64,000 nt of DNA from Pseudomonadota bacterium. GTDB lineage: Bacteria > Pseudomonadota > Alphaproteobacteria > Rickettsiales > RGZB01. Positions 48,834-57,467 of this stretch are shown here, piece after piece (position 1 is the stretch's first letter; each line of letters starts with the position of its first letter). The translations under genes and the position numbers were made by a program. Location of the stretch: NCBI GenBank assembly GCA_010031735.1, contig RGZB01000001.1, positions 6,168 to 70,167 on the forward strand, given 5' to 3'. The notes under the pieces are model-generated. The model did not search any database. It saw only the letters and a program-made list of their open reading frames with translations, and was not told the origin of the DNA.

Positions 48834-49051
48834 ATATCAGGCAATTAACAGCACTTTGGCTATTTTGCAAGGGTTTACTGCATTTCATAATACTGTAATG
48901 CTTCAGGAACATAATACGTACTGATTATTTGTGCCAGTCGGTACTTTACTCCACGCGGGATGACAAAGGGGTCATCTGATACAGGGCGCGTGGCATCGAA
49001 TATCCTAATCTTCGCTCCACGAAGTAAAACCAGAGAGGAAGAGGTCAAGCG

Positions 49052-49225
49052 ATGAAAATACTCCAATCGCTTGTCTTGTTGTCGTGGGGGGCAGCCTTGT
49101 GCGTACGTAACAAGGAAATCGCACCCATACCCGAACTCCGGCAGCTCATTTTCTACACTGGATTCGTACTACTCTGCTTCGGGATATGGCTCTTAACAAG
49201 CGAGCCCAATCCTGAAGATAAATAA
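49052..49225 (+). CDS. small hypothetical membrane protein (57 aa, below the ORF-track cutoff)
   Basis: ATG preceded by GAGGAAGAGG. It encodes MKILQSLVLLSWGAALC..FYTGFVLLCFGIWLL.. (two hydrophobic segments). The stop at 49223-49225 runs straight into a terminator hairpin. Confidence 0.35.
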   Translation: MKILQSLVLLSWGAALCVRNKEIAPIPELRQLIFYTGFVLLCFGIWLLTSEPNPEDK

Positions 49226-49256
49226 AGCCGCCACCTACCCTGGGCGGCTTTTTTAT
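49226..49256. terminator. bidirectional rho-independent terminator shared by aroA and the small + strand ORF
   Basis: AGCCGCC-ACCTACCCTG-GGCGGCT followed by T6 on the plus strand, and T-rich (TTATTTAT) on the minus strand immediately after the aroA stop. Confidence 0.7.
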
Positions 49257-50590
49257 TTGCTGGATTTTATCTTCGCGCCGAGCTTGTTCATCAGCTTAGC
49301 GAAATCCGGGAAGCTCGTGTTGATCATGCTGCCGTCATCCACTGTCACCGGCTTCTCGCTCACCATACCCATCACCAGGAACGACATCGCGATGCGGTGA
49401 TCCATATGCGTTTTGATGTTTCCGCCACCCTTCACCTTATCCGCACCAAACACGATAAGACTATCTTTGCCTTCTTTTATTTTGACACCGCAGGATTCAA
49501 GCCCACGTGCGATGGCAGATAAACGGTCGCTCTCCTTCACGCGCAGTTCTTCTAAGCCCAGCATTTCGGTTTTCCCTTTTGCGAAGGATGCCGCAATGCT
49601 CAAGATCGGGTATTCATCGATCATGGAAGCCGCACGTTTTGCTGGAACCTTCACACCTTTCAGTTTGCTGGTCTTGGCGACGATATCCGCCACCTCCTCA
49701 CCTGCAACGGTACGCTTATTCTTGAATGCGATGTTCGCACCCATTTCCTTGAGTGTAGTGAAAAGGCCTGTACGATGGATGTTCATACATACATTCGTTA
49801 CGGTCACTTCGGACTTCGGTGTAATCAGTGCGGCAACAATTAAAAAAGCTGCCGAAGAAGGATCTGCCGGCACCACGATATTCTGTGCTTTCAATTCCGG
49901 CTGGCCTCGCAGTTTGATCACGACCCTGCCCTTCTCTTTTTTCACTTTGATATCCGCACCCATACCTTTCAGCATGCGTTCGGTGTGATCACGTGTCGGC
50001 GTTTTTTCGATCACCGTCGTAACACCCTGCGTATTGAGCGCTGCCATCAACACCGCGGATTTCACCTGTGCAGATGCGACCGGGACTTCGTATGTAATCG
50101 GGAGTGTTTCCGAGGTACCGCGGATCGTGATCGGCATCAACCCACCTTCACGCGAGATAATCTCCACACCCATTTTTTCGAGCGGAAGCGTCGCACGCTT
50201 CATCGGACGCTTACGAAGCGAGGCATCGCCATCGAACGTGCTTGCGAAATCATACGGGGATACGAGCCCCATCATGAGTCGCGCCGCCGTGCCGGAATTG
50301 CCCATATCGAGCACACCTTCCGGCTCCTGTAGCCCGCCCGTGCCCAAACCATTCACTTTCCAGACATTACCTTTGCGCGCGATCCCAACACCCATCATCT
50401 GGAGCGCCTTCGCCGTATGGATCACATCTTCACTCTCGAGCAAACCTTTTACGGTCGAGACCCCGATCGCCTGCGAAGACAACATCAGCGCGCGGTGTGA
50501 GATCGATTTATCGCCCGGAACGGTCACCTTGCCCTTCAGCGCGGAAACAGAAGTAGAGATAAGTGGAGAGGGTTTATATGCTTTGCTCAT
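49253..50590 (-). CDS. aroA: 3-phosphoshikimate 1-carboxyvinyltransferase (EPSP synthase)
   Basis: N-terminal LKGKVTVPGDKSISHRALML, and LGLEELRVKESDRL, 445 aa. Confidence 0.95.
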   Translation of the reverse strand: MSKAYKPSPLISTSVSALKGKVTVPGDKSISHRALMLSSQAIGVSTVKGLLESEDVIHTAKALQMMGVGIARKGNVWKVNGLGTGGLQEPEGVLDMGNSGTAARLMMGLVSPYDFASTFDGDASLRKRPMKRATLPLEKMGVEIISREGGLMPITIRGTSETLPITYEVPVASAQVKSAVLMAALNTQGVTTVIEKTPTRDHTERMLKGMGADIKVKKEKGRVVIKLRGQPELKAQNIVVPADPSSAAFLIVAALITPKSEVTVTNVCMNIHRTGLFTTLKEMGANIAFKNKRTVAGEEVADIVAKTSKLKGVKVPAKRAASMIDEYPILSIAASFAKGKTEMLGLEELRVKESDRLSAIARGLESCGVKIKEGKDSLIVFGADKVKGGGNIKTHMDHRIAMSFLVMGMVSEKPVTVDDGSMINTSFPDFAKLMNKLGAKIKSSK

Positions 50591-50984
50591 TCGCTGCTCT
50601 TATCATAATGCTCGCGATCACGCCATAGCCTTCGATCCATGCCTGTCTTATAGACGGTGTGAAATCATCTTTTTGGAAAAAGGCTAGGGTTTCGATCAGT
50701 GCTGCACCGATGGTCATATAATCATCCATGCGTATACCCATGCGTTTGAAGCGCACGCCCATCTGCTGCGCAATACCGTTGATGGAATCCATCTTAGAGA
50801 GTCCTTTTACGAAAGTCGTGAAGGTTGCCATCAAGCGTTTTCCTTTCGGATCATCTGCAAATAACGGCTTCAGTTTGGGATCGATCGCAAAAAGCATCGT
50901 CAGGAATTTCTTTGCTACTTTCTCGGTGATGGGAACAGTCTTATTGAAAGACTGTTGAACCAATTTGATCTGTTCGGGAGTCAT
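50574..50984 (-). CDS. globin-fold-like protein lacking any histidine (non-heme globin candidate)
   Basis: 136 aa. The pattern EQIKLVQQSF..V...FLTMLFAIDPKLKPLF....MGVRFKRMGI..DDY..IGAALIETL....FT..IRQAWIEGYGVIASIM parallels single-domain/sensor globins. The sequence contains no His. Confidence 0.55.
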   Translation of the reverse strand: MTPEQIKLVQQSFNKTVPITEKVAKKFLTMLFAIDPKLKPLFADDPKGKRLMATFTTFVKGLSKMDSINGIAQQMGVRFKRMGIRMDDYMTIGAALIETLAFFQKDDFTPSIRQAWIEGYGVIASIMIRAANEQSI

Positions 50985-50989
50985 TTTCC

Positions 50990-51427
50990 CTAGAATGCCT
51001 TCCAGCGGATACCACCGATGACAAAACCCACCTTACCGGAAACAGCACCAAGAGGCAGCAACACCGTGCGGAATTTTATATGCACTTTATGGGAATTCAC
51101 GAAACTGGAATCCACTTCGAGCGGTTTGCCGGTCTTTACGACCTGTGCAAGATGTTCCGATACTTTAGGATCAGATGTCGAGACGAGATGTCTTGCCTCC
51201 TCTTCACTGACATGATCGCCAAAGGATTTGATCAGGTTCTCGCCGAGATATGTATATTTGAAATGGCCAATACCACTCGCATTATCGAGTTGCACAAGGA
51301 AGCAGTTGGGCCAGATGTCTTTCACTTGATCAGGATCGAACTCACCTTCCAGTGGAAAATCACGGGCGCCCCGAAGGTTATCCCAATAAGTGCTTAAGGT
51401 ATCGATGAGACGGTATTGTGCTGCCAT
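50990..51427 (-). CDS. small PAS_5-like (DUF1457-type) protein, paralog B
   Basis: 145 aa with YWDNLRGARDFPLEGEFDP.. and a clear resemblance to the 24660-25115 ORF. Confidence 0.55.
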   Translation of the reverse strand: MAAQYRLIDTLSTYWDNLRGARDFPLEGEFDPDQVKDIWPNCFLVQLDNASGIGHFKYTYLGENLIKSFGDHVSEEEARHLVSTSDPKVSEHLAQVVKTGKPLEVDSSFVNSHKVHIKFRTVLLPLGAVSGKVGFVIGGIRWKAF

Positions 51428-51439
51428 ATGCCTGGCATA

Positions 51440-52720
51440 TTATCTGTTGTTAGGCTTCTCTGCAAGTACTGTCCCAGCCAAATACAGGGAACCACAGATC
51501 ACCACACGCTTCTTGCCCGGATAGGACTTTTCTGCGAAGCCGACCGCTTGCTTTACACTATCAGCCGATTCCGTCTCGGGGATATATTGCGAAGCGATAC
51601 TTTCCAACCTTCGTGGAAATGCCGATAAGGCTTCCTTTGGGATAGACACGGCGATCAATCGCTCCACTTTGCCTTCGAACGACTTGATAAAGCCATCGAT
51701 ATCTTTATTGGCAAGCATACCCATCACCAGCACGGTCGGCATGGGCTGTTTTGCATTTTCGGCAACGATAAAATCAGCGAGCACCTTTCCACCATCTTGA
51801 TTATGCCCCCCATCGAGCCATAATTCACTCCCGGCAGAAAGCGGCGTACCATACCAATCAAGCGGCAATGCTTGCAGGCGCGCGGGCCATTCGGCGTTCT
51901 GCAAACCTTGGATGATATGCGCATCCGTTACTTTGAAATCCGTTAATTGCTCGATTGCCGCGACAGCCGTCGCTGCATTGATCTTCTGATGTGCACCTTT
52001 TAGACCTAGACTATGAAGTCCAGTCTTTTTGGTGGCAGAAATATAGGCATCATCTTGGATTGTCCATGCATCGTCACACGCAAAAAGCGTAACACCCATA
52101 TCACGCGCATGGTTTTGAATGACCTCGCGTGCTTCCGGTTGCTGCTTCGAGACAACGCAGGGCGTTCCCTTTTTCATGATGGAAGCTTTTTCGAATGCAA
52201 TCTTTGCAAGTGTATCGCCAAGGAATTCCATGTGGTCGAATGAGATGGGTGTGATGATATTGAGCAGCGGATGCTCGATCACGTTCGTTGCATCGAGCCT
52301 GCCGCCAAGCCCGGTCTCGAGCAGAACGATATCCGCCGGCACACGTGACATCGCCAGTATCGCTGCCGCGGTCGTACCTTCAAAAAAACTGAGCGGCACA
52401 CCCTGCGCCACTTTCTCACATTCCTTGAGTGTGGCGGTCAGCGTTTCATCATCGATTTGTTTTCCTGCAAGCACAATGCGCTCGTTAAAACATACGAGAT
52501 GCGGCGAGGTATAGACATGCACTTTATATCCCGCCGTCTCCAGCATCGACCGCAGGAACGCAAGCGTCGATCCTTTACCGTTCGTGCCCGCGATATGAAC
52601 CACCGGTGGGAGTTTCTTTTCGGGATGACCCAGGAATTTCAGGAAGCCTACCATCCGCTCCAAGCCCAGATCGATGATCTTCGAGCCGAGCGGTTCCGGC
52701 CAGTGCGGGGTGATGATCAT
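51440..52720 (-). CDS. folC: bifunctional folylpolyglutamate synthase / dihydrofolate synthase
   Basis: Mur-ligase P-loop HIAGTNGKGST, 426 aa. Its start overlaps the fliJ stop. Confidence 0.9.
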   Translation of the reverse strand: MIITPHWPEPLGSKIIDLGLERMVGFLKFLGHPEKKLPPVVHIAGTNGKGSTLAFLRSMLETAGYKVHVYTSPHLVCFNERIVLAGKQIDDETLTATLKECEKVAQGVPLSFFEGTTAAAILAMSRVPADIVLLETGLGGRLDATNVIEHPLLNIITPISFDHMEFLGDTLAKIAFEKASIMKKGTPCVVSKQQPEAREVIQNHARDMGVTLFACDDAWTIQDDAYISATKKTGLHSLGLKGAHQKINAATAVAAIEQLTDFKVTDAHIIQGLQNAEWPARLQALPLDWYGTPLSAGSELWLDGGHNQDGGKVLADFIVAENAKQPMPTVLVMGMLANKDIDGFIKSFEGKVERLIAVSIPKEALSAFPRRLESIASQYIPETESADSVKQAVGFAEKSYPGKKRVVICGSLYLAGTVLAEKPNNR

Positions 52721-53151
52721 GGTTTATCCTGCACCTGCATCTTGCGCTGGTGTTTCACCGCCGCCATCTCATCGAGCGCGATCGTTTGCTTGCGTTCGCG
52801 CTCCTTCAGTTCCTCTTCTTCTTTCTTACGTTTGAGGATCTCGTATTTCTTCTGCTCCGCGAATTCCTGTGCCATCTTATCGCGCATGATGGCGATCAGG
52901 CCTTCCATCTCTTTTTTACTATCCTGTAACTTCTTGCGCTTTTTGATCGCAGCTTTGGCATACTGTCCATACATATAAGAAGCCTCGAGCGAACTGGCTG
53001 CGAGTTTCTGTTCTTCCTTGATATCCACTTCGTGCTGGATGATAGCGCTTTCCACTTTGGTTAAACCGTCCTGCAGCGCGGCAAGCTCACGGCGCATCTG
53101 GTCAAGTGTTTGCTTATGTAGTTTGATCAGGGTGGCGAGTTGCTTGAGCAT
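52717..53151 (-). CDS. fliJ: flagellar export chaperone/stalk protein FliJ
   Basis: 144-aa all-coiled-coil protein directly downstream of fliI, with a charged C-terminus (KKYEILKRKKEEEELKERERKQTIALDEMA). Confidence 0.7.
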   Translation of the reverse strand: MLKQLATLIKLHKQTLDQMRRELAALQDGLTKVESAIIQHEVDIKEEQKLAASSLEASYMYGQYAKAAIKKRKKLQDSKKEMEGLIAIMRDKMAQEFAEQKKYEILKRKKEEEELKERERKQTIALDEMAAVKHQRKMQVQDKP

Positions 53152-53157
53152 AATCGG

Positions 53158-54495
53158 TTACGCGGGTTTCACACTAAGTATTTGCTTCAACTGCTCATAA
53201 CATTGCTCTAGCGTTGCCTTCTCGCCTGGTTGTTGGCGCAGGAAGTTCTCGAGCTTATCGTTATAGAATATCGCCTGATCGACTTCCTGGTTCGTACCTC
53301 TGCGGTAAGCGCCCAGACGAATCATCTCTGCCATGTCTTCATAAACGGCAAGCAATTTGCGCGCACGGTTCACGAGGTCGTTCTCTTCTTTGGAGTTACA
53401 GCCCGGCATGGTACGCGAAACGCTCCTCAGGATGTTGATCGCGGGATAGCGCCCACGTTCCGCAATCACGCGGTCGAGCACGATGTGACCATCCAGGATA
53501 CCACGCACCGCATCCGAGATGGGTTCGTTATGATCGTCACCTTCGACGAGTACACTGAATAAACCCGTGATGTTGCCTTTGTCCGTGCCGGGACCTGCGC
53601 GCTCCAGCAGTTTCGGCAATTCTACGAACACGGTCGGCGTATAGCCTTTCGTGGCAGGCGGCTCACCTGCCGACAAGCCGATCTCGCGCTGTGCCATCGC
53701 GAATCGTGTGATGGAATCGACCAAGCACAATACTTCTTTCCCTTGGTCGCGGAAATATTCGGCCACCGCCATCGTCATGTACGCTGCTTGCTTACGCATC
53801 AGCGCGGATTCGTTCGAGGTCGCGACTACAATCACCGCTTGTTTCATTCCCTCCGGGCCCAGATAGCCATGGATGAATTCATGCACTTCACGGCTGCGCT
53901 CACCGATAAGGCCAATCACTTTCACCTGCGCTTCGGAATTGCGCGTGAGCATCGACACCAGCATGGATTTCCCCACACCCGAACCGGCGAAGATACCCAT
54001 GCGCTGGCCACGGCAGCAGGTGAGGAAAGCATTAACCGCACGAACCCCCAGATCGATCTTACCCTCCACCGGATGGCGTTGGTGCGCCGGCGGTGGATTT
54101 CCTTTCACCGGAAACGCCTGATCACCCTGAATCAACGCACCTTTATCATCGATCGGCTGCGCGAAGGCGTTGATGACACGCCCCATCCAACTTTCATGCG
54201 GGAAAATATTCGCTTCCGACTTGTCGATGATCACTTTACAGCCGACACCAACACCTTCCAAGTCAGTGAATGGCATCAACATCACTTTATTCTCGCGCAT
54301 CCCTACGACTTCGGCGACGATCTCTTTACCGCTCCTTGCAATGATGCGGCAACGCGTGCCGATACTCACGATATGCTCGATACCCGCACATTCCGCGAGC
54401 AGACCGAGCACAGAACTGATCGTTCCGAACGCCTTGATATCGGGAACTTCATCGACTTTTTTGAGAAGGTTATGGATGTGTGACTCGGGAAACAC
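53158..54495 (-). CDS. fliI: flagellum-specific ATPase FliI
   Basis: F1/T3SS-ATPase fold with Walker A GSGVGKSML and Walker B VLCLVDSITRFA. Confidence 0.93.
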   Translation of the reverse strand: MFPESHIHNLLKKVDEVPDIKAFGTISSVLGLLAECAGIEHIVSIGTRCRIIARSGKEIVAEVVGMRENKVMLMPFTDLEGVGVGCKVIIDKSEANIFPHESWMGRVINAFAQPIDDKGALIQGDQAFPVKGNPPPAHQRHPVEGKIDLGVRAVNAFLTCCRGQRMGIFAGSGVGKSMLVSMLTRNSEAQVKVIGLIGERSREVHEFIHGYLGPEGMKQAVIVVATSNESALMRKQAAYMTMAVAEYFRDQGKEVLCLVDSITRFAMAQREIGLSAGEPPATKGYTPTVFVELPKLLERAGPGTDKGNITGLFSVLVEGDDHNEPISDAVRGILDGHIVLDRVIAERGRYPAINILRSVSRTMPGCNSKEENDLVNRARKLLAVYEDMAEMIRLGAYRRGTNQEVDQAIFYNDKLENFLRQQPGEKATLEQCYEQLKQILSVKPA

Positions 54496-54622
54496 AGCTA
54501 AAATTACCCTTTAATATACTGTAATATATAGATTTATATTAATGCATTTGATGATGCACCGCACAAAAACCCATTTTTACTGCGTTAAATTATGCCTCTA
54601 TTACAAAAGCGTAGAAGCCCAA

Positions 54623-54637
54623 TTAATAAAGTGTTAA
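54623..54637. promoter_or_regulatory. CtrA-box-like motif TTAA-N7-TTAA in the fliI/ctrA divergent region
   Basis: TTAATAAAGTGTTAA, ~75 nt upstream of the ctrA ATG (54711). Confidence 0.45.
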
Positions 54638-54710
54638 TATTTAGAACGTACACCAGGTAGGTATAGTACAGTTAATCCGCAGGTACAACGTGTAAGTGGG
54701 GAGTAAGGGG

Positions 54711-55460
54711 ATGAGGGTATTATTGGTTGAGGACGATCCGTCCACCGCGCGCTCGATTGAGTTAGCGCTTGCTGCTGAAGGTATCGTTTGCGATACCGCA
54801 AACTTAGGCGAAGAAGGCCTTGAGATCGGCCAATTATACGACTACGACATCATTATCTTAGACATGATGCTCCCGGATATGGATGGATTTGAAGTTCTCC
54901 GTCGTTTCCGTGCAAAGAAAATCAAAACGCCGATCCTGATTCTCTCAGGGCTTGGCACTTCCGACAATAAAATCAAAGGCCTCGGCATCGGTGCAGATGA
55001 CTATGTAACCAAACCGTTTAATAAAGGTGAACTGGTTGCACGTATCCAAGCGATCGTCCGCCGTTCCAAAGGCCACTCTGAATCAATTATTAAAACCGGC
55101 AAATTGACGGTGAACCTGGATGAACGCTCGGTCTTCATCACCGAAGACCAAATCCATCTTACCAGCAAAGAATACAGTATCTTAGAGCTGCTTTCGCTCA
55201 GGAAAGGTACGCCGATCACGAAAGAGATGTTCCTTAACCATTTATATGGCGGTATCGATGAACCGGAACTGAAAATCATCGACGTTTTCGTATGCAAGCT
55301 CCGTAAAAAGCTGATGGACGCTTCGGGTGGTGAAAACTACATCGAGACTCTCTGGGGCCGTGGCTATATCATGCGCGACCTTGAGCCGAAGGAGGAGCCA
55401 AAAGCTAAGAAGCCTGCAAAAAAGCCGGCAGCAAATAACGCTTCCTTCGCGGAAGCGTAA
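54711..55460 (+). CDS. ctrA: cell-cycle response regulator CtrA (OmpR family)
   Basis: MRVLLVEDD.., receiver Asp in [13 protein letters not shown], and a winged-helix C-terminus ([31 protein letters not shown]). The start is set at the ATG preceded by GTAAGGGG. Confidence 0.9.
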   Translation: MRVLLVEDDPSTARSIELALAAEGIVCDTANLGEEGLEIGQLYDYDIIILDMMLPDMDGFEVLRRFRAKKIKTPILILSGLGTSDNKIKGLGIGADDYVTKPFNKGELVARIQAIVRRSKGHSESIIKTGKLTVNLDERSVFITEDQIHLTSKEYSILELLSLRKGTPITKEMFLNHLYGGIDEPELKIIDVFVCKLRKKLMDASGGENYIETLWGRGYIMRDLEPKEEPKAKKPAKKPAANNASFAEA

Positions 55461-55520
55461 AGCAGCGAAACCTCGCAGAAACTCTTGACTTCTGATAGCG
55501 CGCTTCTTAAGGTGCCGCGC

Positions 55521-56033
55521 ATGAAAACACTCTATGTGCTGCGCCACGCAAAGGCGCAACCCACAAGCAAAGCGATATCCGACGATCATGAGCGCCCTCT
55601 GGCTGATAAGGGCGTGGCCATGTGCCCGCTCATTGCTGAATATATGAAAGCACAAAAGGCAATCGCTACAAAAGCTATATGCTCCACCTCCGTACGCACC
55701 ATGCAGACGCTGGAACTCACGCTCGAAGCACTGGGTAAGACTATCCTGACTGACTTTCTTCCCAAACTTTATCTCGCTTCACCTGATGATATACTCACTG
55801 AAGTCGGCGACGTAGATAACAAAGACTCCTCACTGCTTATCGTCGGCCATAATCCAGGGCTACACCAACTCTGTACGATGCTCGCGAAAGAAGGCGATAA
55901 GAAAAAATTGAAAAGCTTGAACGACCATTTCCCGCCGGGCACCCTTGCCGTGCTCGAGAGTAAGGCAAGCAGCTGGGATAATATCGGCCGCCAGCCAGCC
56001 ACTCTCGTCGATATCTTCTATCCTGAAGTGTAA
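55521..56033 (+). CDS. sixA: SixA-type phosphohistidine phosphatase (histidine phosphatase superfamily)
   Basis: Catalytic RHA motif in MKTLYVLRHAKA, plus LIVGHNPG, ~170 aa. Confidence 0.7.
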   Translation: MKTLYVLRHAKAQPTSKAISDDHERPLADKGVAMCPLIAEYMKAQKAIATKAICSTSVRTMQTLELTLEALGKTILTDFLPKLYLASPDDILTEVGDVDNKDSSLLIVGHNPGLHQLCTMLAKEGDKKKLKSLNDHFPPGTLAVLESKASSWDNIGRQPATLVDIFYPEV

Positions 56034-56879
56034 TTACCGGTACTGTTTGAAGAAACGGTCGATGTCGTCTGCCACGGGCGCGGTGACGGTCGATAACTTC
56101 GCCATCGATGCAATAATGTCGATATGACCCATGTCATCGTATAACTTCACTTGCGCTTCGCCGCCCTTCTGTTTAATGGCTGCCTCGAGCTTCTCCATAT
56201 TCTCATAACCGACGTCTTTGTCCGCTTTACCCCACAACAAGAGCATGGGTGGTTGCTTGCCGCTGATGCGCGTATCCACCATCATGAGTGGATAGCGTTC
56301 TGGTGGGCCAAACATATCGATGAAATCCGGCTCATACGGTTCGAAGGAATACGGCCCTGCCATGCCTGCGAACGCCCTGATCCATGAAGTCTCGCCCTTC
56401 TCCGCTTTCAGGTAGCTTGGATCCGCCGCCAGCAGCGCCCCGATATGCGCACCCGCCGAATGCCCCACGATATACACTTGCATCGGATTGCCACCATACG
56501 CTTTGATATGCTCATGCGCCCAGGCGAACGACTTGGCGGCGTCCTTCTGCCAATCCTGGAATTTCACTTTTGGATATTTCGGATAATCCGGGATCACGAC
56601 GACATAGCCGCGCGAGGTAAATGCATCGGCTACAAAGCGGTAATCTTCTTTGCTGCCGGTTTTCCACGCACCACCGTAATAGAAAACGATAACGGGATGA
56701 GGAGCGTGCATGTCTGCGGGTTGGTAGATATCGAGTCTTGAACCGTAGTCGCTGCCAAAATCGACATCACGCGTGATGCGCTGATCGGAGAGTAAGGCCG
56801 GAACATTGGCTGCCGTTACCGCCACATGTGCACATGCAGCGGTCGCCAAGATTACAATCAGCAGCAGGTATTTATTCAT
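56034..56879 (-). CDS. alpha/beta hydrolase (esterase/lipase-like), probable lipoprotein
   Basis: Signal/lipobox-like MNKYLLLIVILATAAC, oxyanion region FYYGGAW, and nucleophile elbow GHSAGAH. Confidence 0.7.
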   Translation of the reverse strand: MNKYLLLIVILATAACAHVAVTAANVPALLSDQRITRDVDFGSDYGSRLDIYQPADMHAPHPVIVFYYGGAWKTGSKEDYRFVADAFTSRGYVVVIPDYPKYPKVKFQDWQKDAAKSFAWAHEHIKAYGGNPMQVYIVGHSAGAHIGALLAADPSYLKAEKGETSWIRAFAGMAGPYSFEPYEPDFIDMFGPPERYPLMMVDTRISGKQPPMLLLWGKADKDVGYENMEKLEAAIKQKGGEAQVKLYDDMGHIDIIASMAKLSTVTAPVADDIDRFFKQYR

Positions 56880-56887
56880 GACACCGC

Positions 56888-57466
56888 TTAGTGCTTCATG
56901 CCTTTGTCAGGAATAAAGAGACCTTTGACGCGGCCACCCTGGCCACCGGAAGAACCACCGAAGAGTTGGCTTTTACCGGTTTTCATTTCATATACGAGCT
57001 TGTTACCCTTAAGCACGTTCTTCTCCTTGGTGAGCACCACGTTCTGCTCAAGCGTCACGAGTGCCTTCTCTACATCGTAGAGTCCTTTTTCTGATTGCGC
57101 GGTTTCACCTGCCGTCTTCAGAAATACGTTTCCTTCGACCAGGATCTTAGATACAGAATTCGAACCACCCGGGCTCATCCCTGAGGCTGGTGCCGCTGCT
57201 TTCTTCTTCGCATCCTTTGCACCTTTGGGTGCCGTTGAATCGCCACCACGATAATAGACCGTCATACGGTTAGACTTCAGGTTGATGTTGCCCTGAATGG
57301 CTTCCACGTTGCCTTCGAATACCGCGACCTTATCCGCCTGCACTACTTTGAGACTATCTGCCGTGATCTCGACCGGCTTATCCGAATCTTGCGGCGAAAG
57401 CGCAATCTGGGCTACTGCTAGCACCGGAAAAAGTACAAGGATGAGGGAAAGGAAAAAACGTTTCAT
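56888..57466 (-). CDS. lptA: LPS transport periplasmic protein LptA (OstA-like)
   Basis: Signal peptide and an OstA beta-jellyroll pattern (ITADSLKVVQADKVAVFEGNVEAIQGN..L.SNRMTVYY). Confidence 0.75.
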   Translation of the reverse strand: MKRFFLSLILVLFPVLAVAQIALSPQDSDKPVEITADSLKVVQADKVAVFEGNVEAIQGNINLKSNRMTVYYRGGDSTAPKGAKDAKKKAAAPASGMSPGGSNSVSKILVEGNVFLKTAGETAQSEKGLYDVEKALVTLEQNVVLTKEKNVLKGNKLVYEMKTGKSQLFGGSSGGQGGRVKGLFIPDKGMKH

Positions 57467-57467
57467 A

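Noticed and set aside
48875-49066. A 63-aa minus-strand ORF between aroA and cmk, considered as a real gene.
   Set aside because: It has no recognisable motif, no obvious SD, and it overlaps the better-supported + strand small ORF start. I kept it only as an alternative in the finding for this gap.
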